Source: Octopus bimaculoides
Taxonomy: Eukaryota
Direction: 5' to 3'
DNA: 64,000 nt
Assembly (NCBI RefSeq): GCF_001194135.2
Contig: NC_068981.1
Coordinates: forward strand, 62,912,492-62,976,491
Positions 62,563 to 64,000 of the stretch are shown piece by piece. The notes under the pieces are model-generated. The model searched no databases, was not told the origin of the DNA, and saw nothing but the letters and a program-made list of their open reading frames with translations. The translations under genes were made by a program, and so were the position numbers. The first letter of the stretch is position 1. Every line of letters begins with the position of its first letter.

Positions 62563-64000
62563 TCGTCGTCGTCGTCTAACGTCCGCTTTCCATGCTAGCA
62601 TGGGTTGGACGATTTGACTGAGGACTGGTGAAACCAGATGGCTACATCAGGCTCCAATCTGATTTGGCAGAGTTTCTACAGCTGGATGCCCTTCCAAACG
62701 CCAACCACTCAGAGAGTGTAGTGGGTGCTTTTACGTGTCACCCGCACGAAGGCCAGTCAGGCGGCACTGGCAACGGCCATGCTCAAAATGGTGCATTTCA
62801 TGTGCCACCCGCACAAGAGCCAGTCCAGGGGCACTGGCAACGATGTCACTTGAAAAACATCATGTGTCGCCCGCACATGAGCCAGTCTAGGAGCACTGGC
62901 AACGATCTCACTCAAAAATCCTACGACGGCCTCGCACAAGAGCCAGTTCAGGGGCACTGGCAACGATCTCACTCGAAACATTTCATGTGTCACCCGCACA
63001 TGAGCCAGTCCAGGGGCACTGGAAACGATCTCACTCGAAAAACCTCATGTGTCACCCACACAAGAGCCAGTCCAGGGGCACCGGCAACGATCTCGCTCGA
63101 AAAATCTCATATCTCATGTGTCACCCGCACAAGAGCCAGTGAAGGGGCACTGGCAACGATCCCGCTCAAAAGATTTCATGTGTCGCACGCACATGAGCCA
63201 GTCGAGGGGCACTGGCAACGATCTCGCTCGAAAAACCTCATGTGTTACCCGCACAAGAGCCAGTCCAGTGGCACTGGCAACGATTTCAATCGAAAATCCC
63301 ACGAAGGCCAGCCAGGCGGCACTGGCAACGGCCACACCCAAAATGGTGCATTTCCTGTGTCACCCGCACATGAGCCAGTCCAGGGGCACCGGCAACAATC
63401 CCACTTGAAGGTCCATACACATGCTGCGGGCACAAGTGCCATCACGATTTCCATTTCGCTTGCCCCAATAACTCTTCGCAAGCTGAGTTTCGTGTCCAAT
63501 GAAGGAGACTGCGTTAGCATGGGTGCCAGACGTTGAATTTAACTCGATTTCGATTTCACTTGCCTCAACAGGTCTTCGCAAGTGGAGTTTAGTGTCCAAC
63601 TTAACTTGATTTCGATTTCACTTGTCTCAACAGGTCTTCGTAAGTGGAGTTTGGTTTCCAATGAAGGAAGGTACGCATAAGTGGACTGGCTGAGGCCATA
63701 GATTTAGGTCTCACTTGGCTTGCTGGGTCTTCTCACGCACAGTATATTTCCAAAGGTCTCGGTCAGAAGTCATCGCCTCGGTGAGGCCCAATGTTCGAAG
63801 GTCGTGCCTCACCACCTTATCCCAGGTCTTCCTGGGCCTACCTCTTCCACAGGTTCCCTCAACTGCTAAGGTGTGGCACTTTTTCACACAGCTATCCTCA
63901 TCCATTCTCGCTACATGACCATACCAGCGCAGTCGTCTCTCTTGCACACCACAACTGATGCTTCGTAAGTTCAACTTTTCTTTCAAGGTACTGATACTCT
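62563..64000 (-). mobile_element. RTE-clade LINE, 3' part (RT C-terminus, long 3' UTR, GAC-repeat tail), in a MARCH6 intron
   Basis: ORF 63711..63986 (RRLRWYGHVARM...GRGRPRKTW...DL...DRDLW) is the classic RTE C-terminus; tail (GAC)n at about 62563-62577. Confidence 0.92.
62740..63410. repeat. About 62-bp tandem repeat (about 11 units) in the RTE 3' UTR
   Basis: Repeated cacccgcac(a)a/tgagccagtccaggggcactggcaacgatctc...catgtgt. Confidence 0.92.

Noticed and set aside
62740-63410. CRISPR-like array (palindromic repeat with variable segments)
   Set aside because: Intervening segments are homologous to each other, there are no cas genes, and the array lies inside a eukaryotic LINE UTR.
62628-63536. 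302-aa plus-strand ORF, and ORF 53189-53431
   Set aside because: Antisense read-through of the RTE 3' UTR tandem repeats; no domain features.

Overview
AT-rich, microsatellite- and transposon-dense eukaryotic genomic DNA with several N gaps. The SINE/LINE repertoire looks cephalopod (Octopus-like); that assignment is inference. (1) Plus strand 3381-41819: the 3' part of an ADAMTS protease gene. I reconstructed 14 phase-compatible GT-AG exons (1995 nt, 664 aa + stop) encoding disintegrin-like, TSR1, Cys-rich, spacer, four more TSRs and a PLAC domain. Pro- and catalytic domains lie upstream of the window. (2) Minus strand 61124-61394: last coding exon of the E3 ligase MARCH6/MARCHF6; the rest of the gene is right of the window. 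(3) Many mobile elements: tRNA-derived SINEs, mariner/Tc1 and hAT remnants and MITEs, CR1, Penelope-like and RTE LINE pieces, and a family of gag/ORF1-like CCHC elements that appear to lack a reverse transcriptase. Best leads: that ORF1-only family and its 3' tail shared with a SINE; a CpG-depleted domain running about 10 kb past the MARCH6 stop; a promoter-like island with a three-way-junction fold at 49.1 kb; a stem-loop array in the RTE 3' UTR; and two non-canonical cysteines in the ADAMTS. No prokaryotic features, CRISPR arrays, rRNA or true tRNA genes were found.
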